From Camelus ferus (Eukaryota), in contig NC_045698.1 of the NCBI RefSeq assembly GCF_009834535.1, forward strand, positions 2,544,001 to 2,608,000: 64,000 nucleotides of DNA. Reading direction: 5' to 3'. The translations under genes and the position numbers were made by a program. The notes beneath the pieces are model-generated. The model saw nothing but the letters and a program-made list of their open reading frames with translations. It was not told the DNA's origin and did no database searches. Of the stretch, positions 1-13,300 are shown piece by piece (within the stretch, counting starts at the first letter, position 1; every line of letters begins with the position of its first letter).

Positions 1-751
1 CCTCCCCGGCCTGAGAACGGTGCCGGTGCCGGTGCTGGTGGGGAGGGTGCTCTCCAGTCACGACAAGGCTCAGCTCCTGGTCCGTCGGTGCAGTGGTGGG
101 GGGCCCTCATGGCAGGCTGACGGAGGACACAGACAACAGCCTGGGGGTCCTGGGAACTGAAGGACCCTCCTCTCTGGGCTGAAAGGAGACCCTGGCCAGG
201 GCTGCCTGCGGGCGCTGAGCGCGCGGGGCTGCTGCTCGGACAGCGGCCGGTGGTGATCCCCCCGCCGCGCGCTGTCCCACCGCCCGCAGCGTGTGCCCAG
301 AGGACGCCAGATTCTGCTGGGGTCCAGAGCTGCGCCTCGCCTCCCCAGCTCCCCCCTGGCCCCCGTGTGCCTCCGTCACAGGTTGGTTTACTCTTCAAAG
401 CCAGTCTCCTCTGCGTGCGTTTAGAACAGCAGAAGTTATTTTTATACAGAAGGGTTAACCTGTGACAAGGAGCCCTTCCTTCTGTGTGACTCTTTTTAAG
501 ACACCCCTGGAAGAGACAGCAGCGGTATGTTTAACTTAATACTGAAACTTCAAAATGGCCACATGTAGCCGCTATATTTTTAAAATTCTGAAGCCTAGCT
601 CCATCTCAGTGTTTCCTACATGTGTGAGATGAACTGCTCTGCTCCAGGGTCAAGCAACAGCGCCAGGTTTTAACTGAATGAAGATTTTATTTTCTCCCTC
701 TTGAATCCCTCCGTGATGGTCTGTTCCACCCCCACCGCGTGGGTGCACTCC

Positions 752-782
752 CGCGCGCGCGCGCGCGTGCACACACACACAC
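752..782. repeat. (CG)n-(CA)n alternating purine/pyrimidine microsatellite
   Basis: cgcgcgcgcgcgcgcgtgcacacacacacac read directly. Confidence 0.95.
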
Positions 783-1582
783 TTCATTATTGCGCATATA
801 TTGTCTTTTTTGGATCATCAGATTCCTAATCTTACCGTCTGTGGCCCAAGCTAGTTACAAGTGAAGGCCATTCAAGGCAAAGTCATACTTTATTACCCTT
901 TATCAATCAATGAAATGAGTCTGATTCGGCTCATGCTATGGAAATCACATGAAAGCAAGAGAAACCCCTTCTGCCGTATCTGCCGTGGCCGCGCTCCACG
1001 CATAAGTGCAGAAATGGCATTTACGAGCCCACTCGTGTGAAGCTTGAGTAGGCAGATTCATGAAATTCGCCGAGATTTGGATTAAATTTAAACCATTCTA
1101 TACAGCTCTACTTTTGATTAAGGCTGTGTGTGCAGTGAAAAACCTCGCATTTGAATAGAACCTGGATCTTTAAGAACTTTGAATGTGTGCAAATCTAAAT
1201 TGAGCTCTGAGCTGGGTCTCACAGGGAACGGTGGGTCAATTCACATTTAGTATTAAAGCAGGGATGGAGCAGATAGCCCTCCATCCTTTTAAGTTTTAGC
1301 TCTGGATCAGAGTTTATTAATAACAGCATGAACAGAGAGACAACTCATTCCATTTCACTCATTAAATTATGAGACTTAAAGTTTCTAAACAGAGGATGCT
1401 GGTAAGACAATTGAAACTAGCAAAAGAGGAGGAAAAAAAGAGATTTTTATGTGTATCCACCCACACACTCACCCCCGGAAAAGAGCAGCTTACCAGGTGA
1501 CACTGAGTGACCTTTCGGGGCCCCGGGAACAAATACTCCTCTTTTTCTTAATGGTACCCAAGGACACATACTGTCATAATAC

Positions 1583-1584
<2 letters not shown>

Positions 1585-1621
<37 letters not shown>
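1585..1621. repeat. poly(A) tract followed by (AG)n
   Basis: run of about 27 A, then gagagagaga. Confidence 0.9.
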
Positions 1622-1623
<2 letters not shown>

Positions 1624-3828
1624 GCTTTTGATCTGACTATTCCCTTTACATAAAATTCTACATTTCTGTCTGCCGCTGTTCACTTTTTTCCTATCAGCGG
1701 ACATGGATGGAACATTCTAAGCCTTGGAGCTTATTTTAATATCTTTAGAAGATTCTCCTCTTATTCTCCAGGAGTCACAGGATAGGAGATGAAGGTGCGC
1801 AGTCCAGAGCCCGGCTGCGGCTCCTCTGCCAGAGCCGTCACGGACAGACCACTTCGAGGGGCTCTGGCGGAGCCCCCAGACGCCGCCGCCGTCAGCGGGC
1901 AGACGTGCCGGCGGTGGGGGCTCGCGCAGTGGCTGGAAGCGGGGCCTGGCTCCAGGTTGCTAATTATGGGATGGTGAGGGTGGATGAGACATTTTGCGAT
2001 CCAGAGTTGGCAAAACACTGCAGTTCATCACCGTTTTCTGTAAAGACATGTGCACTTAATCTGCAGCAAGATTCCGCGCTCCTGGACCACTGCTGGGGGC
2101 CTCAGGGCACGCTGTCTGTCTCCTGCTCCACGTCTGAGCATGTGCTTTCCTCTCCCATCTGACTCCCTCTGACTCCCTCCAGCTGAGGAGACGCTATGTT
2201 TCCACTGGCAGCGGGATTAAGGGGGGGTGTGTCCATCCCAAATGCAGGCATTGGGAGAAACAGAGACGGCAACCCCCAAAATACCATGAAAGTAAAACAG
2301 GATGACTGATGGCAGTTCTGGTGAGCTGAGGGTCTGGAGTCCCACGGAACGAGCGCAAGTGTCCAAGGCTACAGCCCTGAGCAGCAGCCGGTGGCTGGCG
2401 GGACGGCAGCAGGAGGCGGGAGAGCCAGGAGCAGGGGAGCGGGTGGGAGCATTATCAGCAGTACTCGGAAGAGTGTCCTTGTGTCAAAATCTGAGCTGCT
2501 GTGCCTCTCAGAACCTGCCCTCCATCCCCAGGCTTCCCAGGGAGTCTGCAAGCTACCCAACAACTTCAAATAAATCCCTTTTCTGCTTTTATTTTTGTAA
2601 ATATAATTAAGGTAAAATAATGGAATCATCAAAAGACAATTATTCTGTCATGGAGGGCCGCCTTCTAGTCATGAACCAGAGCCGACAAGCCTGTGCCAAA
2701 CAGGGTGTGCAGGAGGCTTGAGACTTCAGAACCAGTGCCCCGTGCTCTGAAATATCCTTCGTGGTCAGAAACCTTCCTCTTGTGAAGGTGTTTGTCAGGG
2801 TTTGAAAGAACCCAAAGTCCTTCAGGACCAAATCCAGAGAGACATTTTAGGGCTCCCTGGTTTCCTTTTAGGAAAGAGACGTATCTCCCAGTGCGGCTCT
2901 GAGGGTGAGCGCAGGTGGAACAGTGGTGAGCAGTGTGTGCACTGTCGGATTCACGTGTCATCTCACACGTTGTCCAAACTGAAGGACCTCTGTGTCCTGG
3001 TGTCCACCGTGTGCTTTGGCTTTTGATGTTGAGCTGACGCCCTAAGTCCTGGATTCATGGCAGGAAGGGGTCAAGCACCTCTTTCATTGTTTTTCGTGAT
3101 TGTTCATACTCTGCATTATAAGCCTGTGCTTAAAAAAACCTACCTGTTTTACCTTGCAGAGGCCAACCGACCAGCTACCTGCCCGGACGCCCTCCCAAGA
3201 TGGCCACATCTTCCTTGGGCTGTGTGACCCCCAGGAGTGACACCGGCAGAGCGAGAGGAGTCATGGGGGTCGCAGGGTCGGGGTGGGAGACAATGAAGCA
3301 TCCTCGAAGGTGGTGCCGGTGCACAGGGCAAGTCCGCAGGGAGCTTGGGCTAGGGACTGGGGGGCTGAGAGAGTGGGGCACTGGGGACGTGGGAGAGAAG
3401 GAAGGGGACACAGGCAGGCAGAGAAATGCCAGCGGAGGGATGGGGAGTCAGCAGGAGCTGGAGGTCTAGGGGTTGGCGTAGAGACTGCTCCAGCCAGAGC
3501 CAGAGCCTGGGTCCGGACTGCACACGGGACAGCTGGATGCAGCCTGTGGGTGGTCCCAGAGAACACTCGGACCATCGATGGCAGCACGTGGGTGCAAGTC
3601 AGGAGACACCGATTTGAACACGGGCTATGAACACACCCTCGGGCTCCCAGCTGGTGCCCAGAGGTCCTCTCACTGCAGAGGTCAGTCTTCAGGTTAAACA
3701 GCCCTGTGGTCTCTGATCTGCTGATGCCTCAGAAGACGCAGGTGCCCCAGTTGTGGAGCACAGGGTGCCCAGATCACGTGAGGCAGAAGTACCCTCGTAG
3801 GGGTGGCCTGATCAGTGGCCTCGAAGTT

Positions 3829-3960
3829 GGTGTGTGTGAGTGTGTCTGAGTGTGATAAGCTAGTGTGGATTTGTGTGTGCGAGTGCATGCGTGGTGTCAG
3901 ATTGTGTGCCTGTGTGCATGGGGGTGTGTGTGTGAGTGTGGGTGACTGTGAACAGGTGTG
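3829..3960. repeat. degenerate (TG)n low-complexity tract
   Basis: imperfect gtgtgt repeats; source of the His/Thr- and Cys/Val-rich ORFs here. Confidence 0.85.
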
Positions 3961-4570
3961 CCACCCCAGGCCCGGAGTGCAGGGGTCCCCTGCTCTTTCC
4001 CACAAGTGCCTCTTCCCAGTCCTGGAAGGGGTGTGATGTCAGCTGGTGACTATAACTAGGCACCCTAAATATTCCTCATTAGGCTTTGAAGAACATTTGC
4101 CAAACTTAGGATGTTTTGTCTAAAAGTGCCTCCCTTCAGGCCACAGGTGGTCCCTGAACATTTCATTTAAAGTTACAGGGCAATATCCCCACCAGGAACC
4201 TCCACCATAGGGGAGGGGGGAGAAGAGGGGCTGAGCACTTCGGCCTGTCCTGGGCGGAGAGTGGTTCCTCCTGTGTCTGTGACTGAGGGGCTGGTGGGCA
4301 GAGCAGGCCGCTACGGGGCCAGCATCCAGGCGGATCCCCACCTCTGCGGGCCCGTGGAGATGGCTTTAGCAGCGTGCAGGTCAGTCTGTCTCCACCTCTG
4401 TGCACATGGCAGCCCCACTGGACTGACTAGTGTAACAGTTACGTGTGAGATGAGCATTTGCCACAGTGGGTGACTGAGTCAAGGCTTCGGTTAAAATATT
4501 CTTAAGGTAAATTATGGGTGGCTGAAGTTATCTATTAGAAACTCTGCGGAGGGTAGAATCATTCGCTGTC

Positions 4571-4926
4571 TGTACTGCTGCTCCGGTGGCTGCAACAAAA
4601 CACCGCACACTGGGGGGCTTAAACATAAACAGTGTGTTTTCTCCCAGTTCTGGAGGCTGGAAGCCCTCGATCGTGGGCGGGCAGGGCTGGCTTCTCCTGA
4701 GGTCTCGGCTTGTGGACGGCTGTCTCCTCACTGTGTCTCCCGTGGTCTTCCCTCTGTGTGTGTCTGTGTCCTAATCTCCCCTTCTTATAAGGACAGTGGC
4801 CAGGTTACTTTAGGGCCCATCGCACCTTAATTACCTCTTCAGACACCCCACCTCCAGTCACCTTTGGAGGAACTGGAGATTAGGACTTCAACATATGGAT
4901 TTGGGGTGATGACTCGACCCACAACA
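4571..4926 (-). mobile_element. ERVL-MaLR solo LTR, MLT1A/MLT1B-like
   Basis: MLT1 motifs recognised from memory: cagttctggaggctggaag, tcttataaggaca, ttaggacttcaacatatggatttgggg, terminal acaaca. Confidence 0.85.
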
Positions 4927-7199
4927 TCCTCCCATGGGAGTAAAACCAGGGGTTCCAGTCTCTGGAGGATAAACATGAATTGTGTTCCTGCAAAATCTCA
5001 ACACTGATAGAGCCTCATTTCTCTGAAGAGCCACTTGCCACGCCTGGAGGAACGAAGCCACGTGGTCAGCTCAACTTGGTAATTCCGGCGTAGGACTTAC
5101 TCAGTGGCGCTGACCTGGGGCTTATAACAGAATATTATAAACAAGTGTGTTGTGCTGATCTTACTTCGCATAGAGCCCCCAATGTAGGTGGAAGCCAACC
5201 GCTGTGGCCGTATTGATATTTACACTATCTTTTTAATCAGTTAATTAATCGGTTTAATTCAGTTGTCGGTTAAGTGATGTCCCCTAATGGAACTTAGATC
5301 AGATTGAAGGCTGGGAAGGTAAAGAGTTCCAAGATCAGAGGACTCCACGGTTGTTAACTTAACATCGTGGTTTTTTTCAAAGTATGTAGTTCAAGTACCT
5401 GCTGAGTTTGGTGGCACATGTGTCCCTAAAAACTAGCCTGTTCCGATCTGCAACTCCAGCTGGCGGCTGTCTCATGGTTCCTATAAAGAGTGGGCACCTG
5501 TCAGGATGGGCACCTTGAAGGCTCTTGTGTGGTCCTGCTTTGCTAAGATGGCAGTTTTACCCTAAGGTGGTCGGAACTTTCATTTCAGGTTTTCCAATAA
5601 TGGAGCAATTGTGCTGTTTCCTCAGTCTCTGCGGGGAAGTGACCAGCACCATAAGGACAACTGGTCAACTTTAAATGCACCAGTTCAGACTTTCTGGCTT
5701 CTTGCTAAAGAATCAGGGCCCATGGGGTACCCTACACTTGAAACCTATGTGATAAAATAAAAGACGGCGTCTTTGCGGAGCCGGCCCCGGGGAGAGCGTT
5801 TGGAAAGGGCCCAGCCTGGACCCCTGTCTGTCTCCAGCCCAGCCACCATCTTTGCTCACTCCCTCAGATCTGCCGAGAATAAAGGTGACTCCACATTCAT
5901 TTTCATATTTGTTCCCACATGACAAACACAAGTAGCATGAACATTCTAGGTTGAGCACATTTGGCCTGGGTCTCCTTGTGTTTGGCCAGGAGTGAAAGGA
6001 GGCTGCTCTGGGCGGCGGGAACAGCCCCCGGCCTCAGGCAGGCATGCTTCCCCATGGGGGACGGAGGCAGGGGGCGGCGAAGCGGCAGAGAGGAGGCAGC
6101 AGACACAGCCGACGCGTTTCGCTTGCCGCCGACACACACAGCGCACATGCTGGAGGTCAAGCTGGTAAATTAAACCACGAGGCTGAGCTGTATTCTGTGC
6201 TGAAGGTGTGTCACAAATGCAGTCCTGCAGTGACTGTCCCTGTCCCCTCTGCTCTGCATTTTCAGCGGGTCCTGGATTAAGTAACCCAGAGCTAGGAGTG
6301 GGTGGCTAATACTCACGTTTTCCTCACCATTCCTGGCATTCACCCCGGAATGCATGTACGGGGATGGTATGTATACATTTTTTAAAGAAGGCCGTACAAA
6401 TCCAAGGCGGCAAGCAAGAAACAATGTTACAGTGCCCCCCGTCGTGGGCGAGTGGGCATTTACTGCTGGCGAGAAGACCGTCTTCTGTCGCCATCGGAAC
6501 GCATGAACCTAACTGATCACCTTCTGAAGAATTTATGAGTCATGCTTAATAATCAGCTTTAGGCACTTCTGAGGGAAGCAGCACCTTCTGAAGCTGCAAA
6601 GGTCCCCTGAACAGCTCCTGGGGAGTGACCTGCCGCCCATTAGCTGCAGAAACTCGCCGCTGGAGGATGGGGTGCAGGAGCCAAGCCACTTCAGCCTCAG
6701 CCCACTTCAAATGTCAAGAAGTCTCCACTTAAACACCCGATTAACCTGCAAGGACCAGAGCAGCAGCCCTTCTCCTGGAAGGAGAGGATCTTGCGGCTTT
6801 TTTTTTTTTTTCCCCTGAAACTTTTTCTTTGCATTTAAGAGAAAAAAAAAAAAACCTTTTCTCTTTTTTCCCCCTTCTCCCTCATATTCATTATTTTCTG
6901 TCTTTAAAAAGGCTTTTATCTGACTTTTATCTCTTCCATATGCTCGTGGCAAATGCCAGCATCTTCCCATTTTACAAATCTGCCCGGGTCCCAGACTTTA
7001 TCTGCCTCGCGCCGGCTTACTATTTTCCTATTTAAATGGTTGATGCTGAATCAAAGTCAAATGTGAAGGTCAGGGAGATGGTTTTGGAGCTTTGTGATCT
7101 GAGACACAAACAGGGCTTGCTCGACAGAAGCAAATCAGCCCCGCAGAATGAAATTCGCACCTACTGTCAGTACTAGAGCCTGTGTTTGGGGAGATTCGT

Positions 7200-7269
7200 C
7201 TTTAATTATTATAAATAGTAATACATACATTAACGACTTGGCCTTTAATTATTATAAATAGTAATACAT
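7200..7269. repeat. perfect 27-bp direct repeat, period 43 bp
   Basis: ctttaattattataaatagtaatacat at 7200-7226 and 7243-7269. Confidence 0.95.
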
Positions 7270-10200
7270 GATTATTCTATTTATTATACATTATGTATCA
7301 TGTGTGTTGATAAAACCATTAATAACTTATTTGTTACACATATAATTAATAAATTACAATGATCATTCAGGTGATTTGAATTTTAAATTAAACGAGGTCC
7401 CAAAGAGTCAACAAAACAGGTATCTTATTTGGAAAGCATTACATAGCTCCCTAATTCCTGCAATTAGAGCCATCATTATCCAACCATCATATTTCCAGAG
7501 AAGACAGCTGCGTTCCTGCTTCTTTTCTGTTCTGTTCCAGGAATTGCACTGTTCAAAGCACTTAGGCGAAGTAAACATGATGACAAATGTTCCTGGAGTG
7601 TTTATGCCACATTTAACGTCACTGTGTCCGTCAGAGCGCATCAGAGCTGGGTGCGTGCACTTCATGGCTCCGGCGGAGTCCAGAGCTTTCAGGACCTCCT
7701 CTCCTGCGGAGGCCCTGTGGTCCGCTTCAGGTGGAGGACGTTCCGCTCCCCCTTTCAGCCCTGCTGCTCATTTTTGTGTTTGAGGTGCACTTCAACATTT
7801 TCCAAGTGGGTAGACTGTATGCTGTGTTCTTACCACACACACACTCACACACACAAAATTAAACTTAAAGGAACAAGAGGACCCAAGGCATCTCTGGGAG
7901 CTGTAGAATCTGTCTGTCCCCGAGATGGTGGAGGCGGTGTCCAGGGTGTCCACAGACGAGCTGGGGAACTCACACGGTACCCAGGAGACACATGCTGCTC
8001 CTTCTGGATCATGTGCCCCTCAACAAAGCTGCTTCAAAGAAAAGCCCAGCCTGGACCACGGGGCAGGCAGCAACCTCATCTCACTGAGTCGCGGGAACAC
8101 AGCACAGGAGCCTCCCTGAGGCCAGAACCCGGCCCTCGCCTCGCGCCTCGAAATGAAAACCCGCCCCGCGAGTCAGAGGTGCGCTCGGGCGCTGCGCCGG
8201 GCGAGATGCGGCCGGGATCTGCAAGCACACCTCACAGCAGCAGCTGCAGCACGTGCTTGTCCAGCCGGCAGCCACCCCCCCCCCCCGCCACCCCGCACTC
8301 AGCTCTGGAACTCCTGTGTGGTGACAGGACCCTGGCTCACCGCTCTGTGCCTGGCCGGCCCCGGGTGGGACATTGGCTCCCAGAAGCTGGTGACCATGGA
8401 GACGCAGGATCCAACCGGGGCCCCGGGCCAGATGCTAGGACAGCTGACAGCGCACACGGTGGGTACGGACTTCGGGTGCTCCCGGCCTCCTTGCTGACCC
8501 CAGGGGGTCCTCCGTGACCCAAGGAGGAAGGGAAGGCCTCGCGCTGAGTGCTCCCTGGCCTTGGGGGCTTCTTGCCTTGTGGGCGGCGGTAAGGGCTGCC
8601 TGATCCCGCAGACGCGCAGCTGAGCTGCTGACCCACCCGCTGGTCCCCAGGGCCCCGCACCCAGCTCGGCAGGCCTGCAGCTCCTGCCACCTGCCCCCAG
8701 AGGGCTCTTTCCTTGTCCCCTCTCTCTGCACCGACGTCACTGGGGAGCTGGGCAGACACGTCGGGGCTGCCCTATTAAAAGCTGTTTTCATGAGACCAGA
8801 CCTAGTCAAACACAAGGATGAAAAGGCCCCCCAACCTCTGTTTTGATTGGCTACACGCTGCCAGATGTAATGGGTTTGGGGACGTCTAGGTTGTGGTCTG
8901 GGGACTTCAGTGACATGAAAAGACAGCAATTGTGCTGGAGTGTGATTTATGGGGAAGCAACTGTCGACTGCCTTTTCTTTGGAGATTAAATAGCTTATGG
9001 ACTAATGACGGGGCCCTTAGGTGCCAGGGAGTCATTCTCTAGCTTGTTAGCAACAGAACAGTTAATAGAGACTGAGCTCACCTTGACAGGGGCCCTTGCT
9101 CATGCTGAGCTCCTAAAAGGCGCAGTCCGGGATTCATGGAACCAGCCTCGCTGGGGGCAGGGGTCTTTGTCCTTGCGCTAGATGGTCCAGAATAAATAAC
9201 CCCTTTCGCTCATGAAGGTGAATTCCCAGCCTGGGTCTCAGAGGAGGCTGAAGCCCGGAAACACTAGTATCTTCTCACCCTCGTGACCGGGGCCTCTCAT
9301 GGCCGATCACCTGTCCCCTCCTCCAGGAGGCCGTGCCCCCTGCTGGCCAGCTTCCCTCCGCCCCCCCACCCCACCCCACCCCCGCCGATCCTGCCCACAG
9401 CACTGTCCTTCCCTCCCAGCACAGGAAAGCCCCTGACTCCGAATGCACAACAGAACTCTGACCCACGGCCTTGGTCTCACAGAACTGACCACAGAGCCCA
9501 TGTGCCCAGAACTCTCCAGACTCAGTCAGGGAATTCTGCCCTGTTTCTAACTCAGCCCCAGCTGGAGAAAGCCCAAAACACTCCCCTAACCGACCACTCA
9601 GGATGCACTCCTTCATCTTCCCAGACCCTGAGCTCCATCAGGGCCCACCTGAGGCCACTCTCCCAGCTCCGACACACTCCACCCCTCTGCCTGCCGTTGG
9701 GTGTCTGCCAAACGCTGCCGCGGTGGCCCATCCCCTCACCACAGCCTCTCTGAGTAAACTGCCCCTCCTGGCTCTCCCCTGGGTGGTCTTCAGTGACACC
9801 CCCTGCTCCCCTGAAGGCCGTCATCCAGCAAGTGCGCATTAAGTGCTGCATGGGTGCCCAGCACGGCTGCAGGTCCCGGCAGGCCAGGCACAGAAATCAG
9901 CACTGCTGACAGTGGGCTGAGCCCACGCCCCCTGCTCTGGTGCTTCCAGAAACAGGGGTCCACAGGGCAGGCCGCATCCCCATGGCTGGAACGCCCAGGA
10001 CACGCGGACTCTGCTCCGTGAAGAAGGCAGGTGTGATGTACTCTGAGTCACTCATCACGACAGCCAAGCGACATCAGGAGAAAGGTGTCTTCCAGCCGCT
10101 GCCCTGGCCCGAGCGGTGGACAGTGCCATGCCGTGAGGCCCTGCTTCGAGCACCTCTGCTCACTGGTCGGAACTTTACGCCCACAACTTTGACAACTTAA

Positions 10201-10359
10201 ATAAAGTAGGTCAATTCTTTGAAAGAAAGATACTACAAAATGCACGAAAGGAGTTTTAGGCCTAGAACAGTCACACAGTTTTGCATCTACAGGCACAGCA
10301 GCTAGAGGCCTTGCCCATGAGCACCTATTAAGTGTGTTCAGTCAATAATTAATCAGTTA

Positions 10360-13300
10360 GACCAATAATTAATAACTTTTAAAGAAATAAGCCAAGAGGC
10401 TCAGACGGCTTTACTGGTGATTTCTACTAAAGATTAAAAGAGGAAGTAGCATCGCTCCTCCCAACCTTCTCCATAAAATAGAAACGGAGAGAATGCATCC
10501 TGACTCGTTCTGTGGGTCAAGCTTTACTCTCATATCAAAACCCCCAGGGCAGTACATAGAGTGAAAATTACAGACCAATACCTCTTACGCACATAGGTGT
10601 GTAATCCCCAGTAAAACGTTAGCAGATATAATCCAACAATGTATAGAAAGGATTGAACACTGTGAGCAGATGGGTTCACTCTGGGTATGCAAGCCTGACT
10701 CAACATCCAGCAATCAGTTCATGTGATCCATCAAACCAACAGCCTGAAGAAGTAAAATCACATGACCATGTGATAGATATTGAGGAAGCATTTAGCAAAA
10801 GTCAATGTGCGTTCAAGGCAAACACCCTCAGCAAGTTAAGGACAGAGGGAGTCCCCCTCACCTTGATAAAAGACGCTTACCAACGCCACCCCCCCAGTAA
10901 AAGACAAAAACCCCAGGCAAGCGTTGTGCTTGATGGGGAGACACCGGGAAATTCCTGCCTAGCATCAGAAACAAGGCAAGGATGTCCTCTCTCACCATTT
11001 TTATGTACTGAACTTGTAGCTGGTACAATAATTTAAAAATATATAAAATTTTAAATTAAGAAGCAATACCATTTACAGTAATACCACGAAGGAGACATCT
11101 TCAGGTATAAAGATGTCAAAACATGTGTGTGAAAGTCCATAAAACGCTGATAAAATAAAGCTAAGGAGATCTAAAATGCAGAGATATTTTGCATTCATGA
11201 ACAGGAAGACTGAGCTTTATCAAGATAACAATTCTTCCCAGCCTGGTCTGTGGGCTCATCATCATTACAATCCCAATGAAAGTCTTAGAAAGCTAGTTTG
11301 TAGACATCAACACACTCCTTCTAAAGTTTACATGGAAAAACAACTTAAAACACAAACCCAATACTGTAGAAACATAAAAAAGGTGGTTGCTCACATGACC
11401 CGTATCATCTGATCTCAAGCCTTATGAAAGCAATGATAATCGAGAAGGCCTCGCATTCATGAAAGAGTAGACAGGAGGTCAGCGGGGCACAAGGGACAGG
11501 CCAGTGAAGGACCCGTGCGAATATATGTTCAGCTGATTCTGATAAAGGCAATTAAATGGAAAAAGGGTAGCCTTTTCCATAGATGGTGCTGGAACAAAGG
11601 GAAATATATATGTTATAAAAGAACATAGACATAGATTTGCACAAAAGTTAACTCAAAATGGGTAATAGGTCTAAGTGTAAAATGAAAAACTGTAACATTT
11701 ACAGAAAAAAATAAATGGAAGAATCTATATGACCTGGAGCTTAGCAGTAAGTTTTTAGATACAACCAAAAATATCATCCATGAAAAAAAGTGACAACTTG
11801 GAATATAGTCAGATTAAAGACTTTTGTTCAGCAAAGGACACCTAATGAAGCCACAGGCTAGGTGAACGTATTTGCAAGACACATATGTGAGGAAAGATTG
11901 TATCCAGAAATACATATGGAACCCTTAAAACTCAAGGGTCAAAAAATGTGCATTAGTTATAGACAGAAATCTCATCAGAGAAGATACACAGATGAAAAAG
12001 AAGCTTTTGAAAAGATCAAATGTCATCAGGGAATTGAAGTTAAAACAAGTTACCAGTGTTCACAACTCAAAGAGCAAAAATCCAAAGACCCCGAGAGTGC
12101 CAAGTTCTGGCGAGGAAGCGGGGCAACAGGAACTCGCACCCGCTGCTCACGGGGCTGCAGAGCGGTGCAGCCGCTGTGGAGGACTATCTCGTAGTTTTTT
12201 ACAGAGTTAAACACATTCTCACCATCCAATCCAGCGATCACACTGGATCCTAGAGATTTTTCCAGCTGACTTGAAAACCTGCACAAATGTCTGCATGTGA
12301 ATCTTCATAGCAGCTTTTATCATTATTGCCAAAAACTGGAAATGAGCGAGATGCCTTCAGTAGATAAATGAATAAATGAATTGTGGTTTATGCAAAATAA
12401 TGGACTGCCATTCAGTAATCAAAAATAAGTCATTACGCCACAAAAGACATGGGTGACACTCAAACTACTGTCGGGCAGTGGAACAAGCAAGACTGAAAAT
12501 GGTACAAACTGTATGATTTCATTTAAGTGACATCCTGGAGAAAGAAAATTATACAGAACAGAAATGGCAAACACATTCTTGGTTGTCAGGGTCCTAGAGG
12601 TGGGACGGTTCAATAGGTGAAGCACAGGGAATTTTTTACAAATAACAAATATATTCTGTATGATACTGAGATGGTAGACACATGACATTACGTATTTGCC
12701 AAAATGTATAGAACCTAACAACACAAAGAGTAAACTTCAATGAGTATAAATTTAAAATAAGCATTTAGGAGGCAAAGAAATCCCCATGTGGAAATAAGAA
12801 TGTGATAGAAAAGTCTAACTGTATTATGGATGTATGAAATGACCTCACTGAAGTGGATGGGGCAAAGATGTTGACCTAAGTAACTCTGGAAATTTGTGGA
12901 CACTGTGAGACTAATTAAAAACAAACCTGTGTGTAAGCAGTGTATTCCAGCTAGTAAAGTTTCCCACGTGGGTACAGGGTAACAGTTCCGAAACGACTAT
13001 TTATATACACTGGAAATGGCCCTTCAGTGGACAGCAAATCGCCGGCCCCAGGCACCTCAGAGTTGGAAGGACCGCAGGTCTGAAAGGGGTCAAGGATGTG
13101 GTAACTGGTTAGAGTTGGGGACACCAGGATGGGTCCATGCACGCCTTACTGTAGACGGTTGCAAGCTGAGACGTGTAGATGTGTGCGTAGACATGGGTCA
13201 GTAAACGCACATGTATCTATTTGTTCTGTCAGCTGAGGGAGCCTAGGAGCAATGACTCTCCAGTAGCAACAAGCACACTTAGCAGCAAATTTTGTTTTTT

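Noticed and set aside
7200..7269. CRISPR-like repeat-spacer-repeat
   Set aside because: Two units only, mammalian context, no cas genes
7624..8517. 297-aa plus-strand ORF
   Set aside because: Non-ATG start, runs through a (CA)n tract, Pro/Gly/Arg-rich, no domain; expected by chance in GC-rich DNA
10653..12210. Functional reverse transcriptase gene
   Set aside because: Fragmented, frameshifted old L1 ORF2
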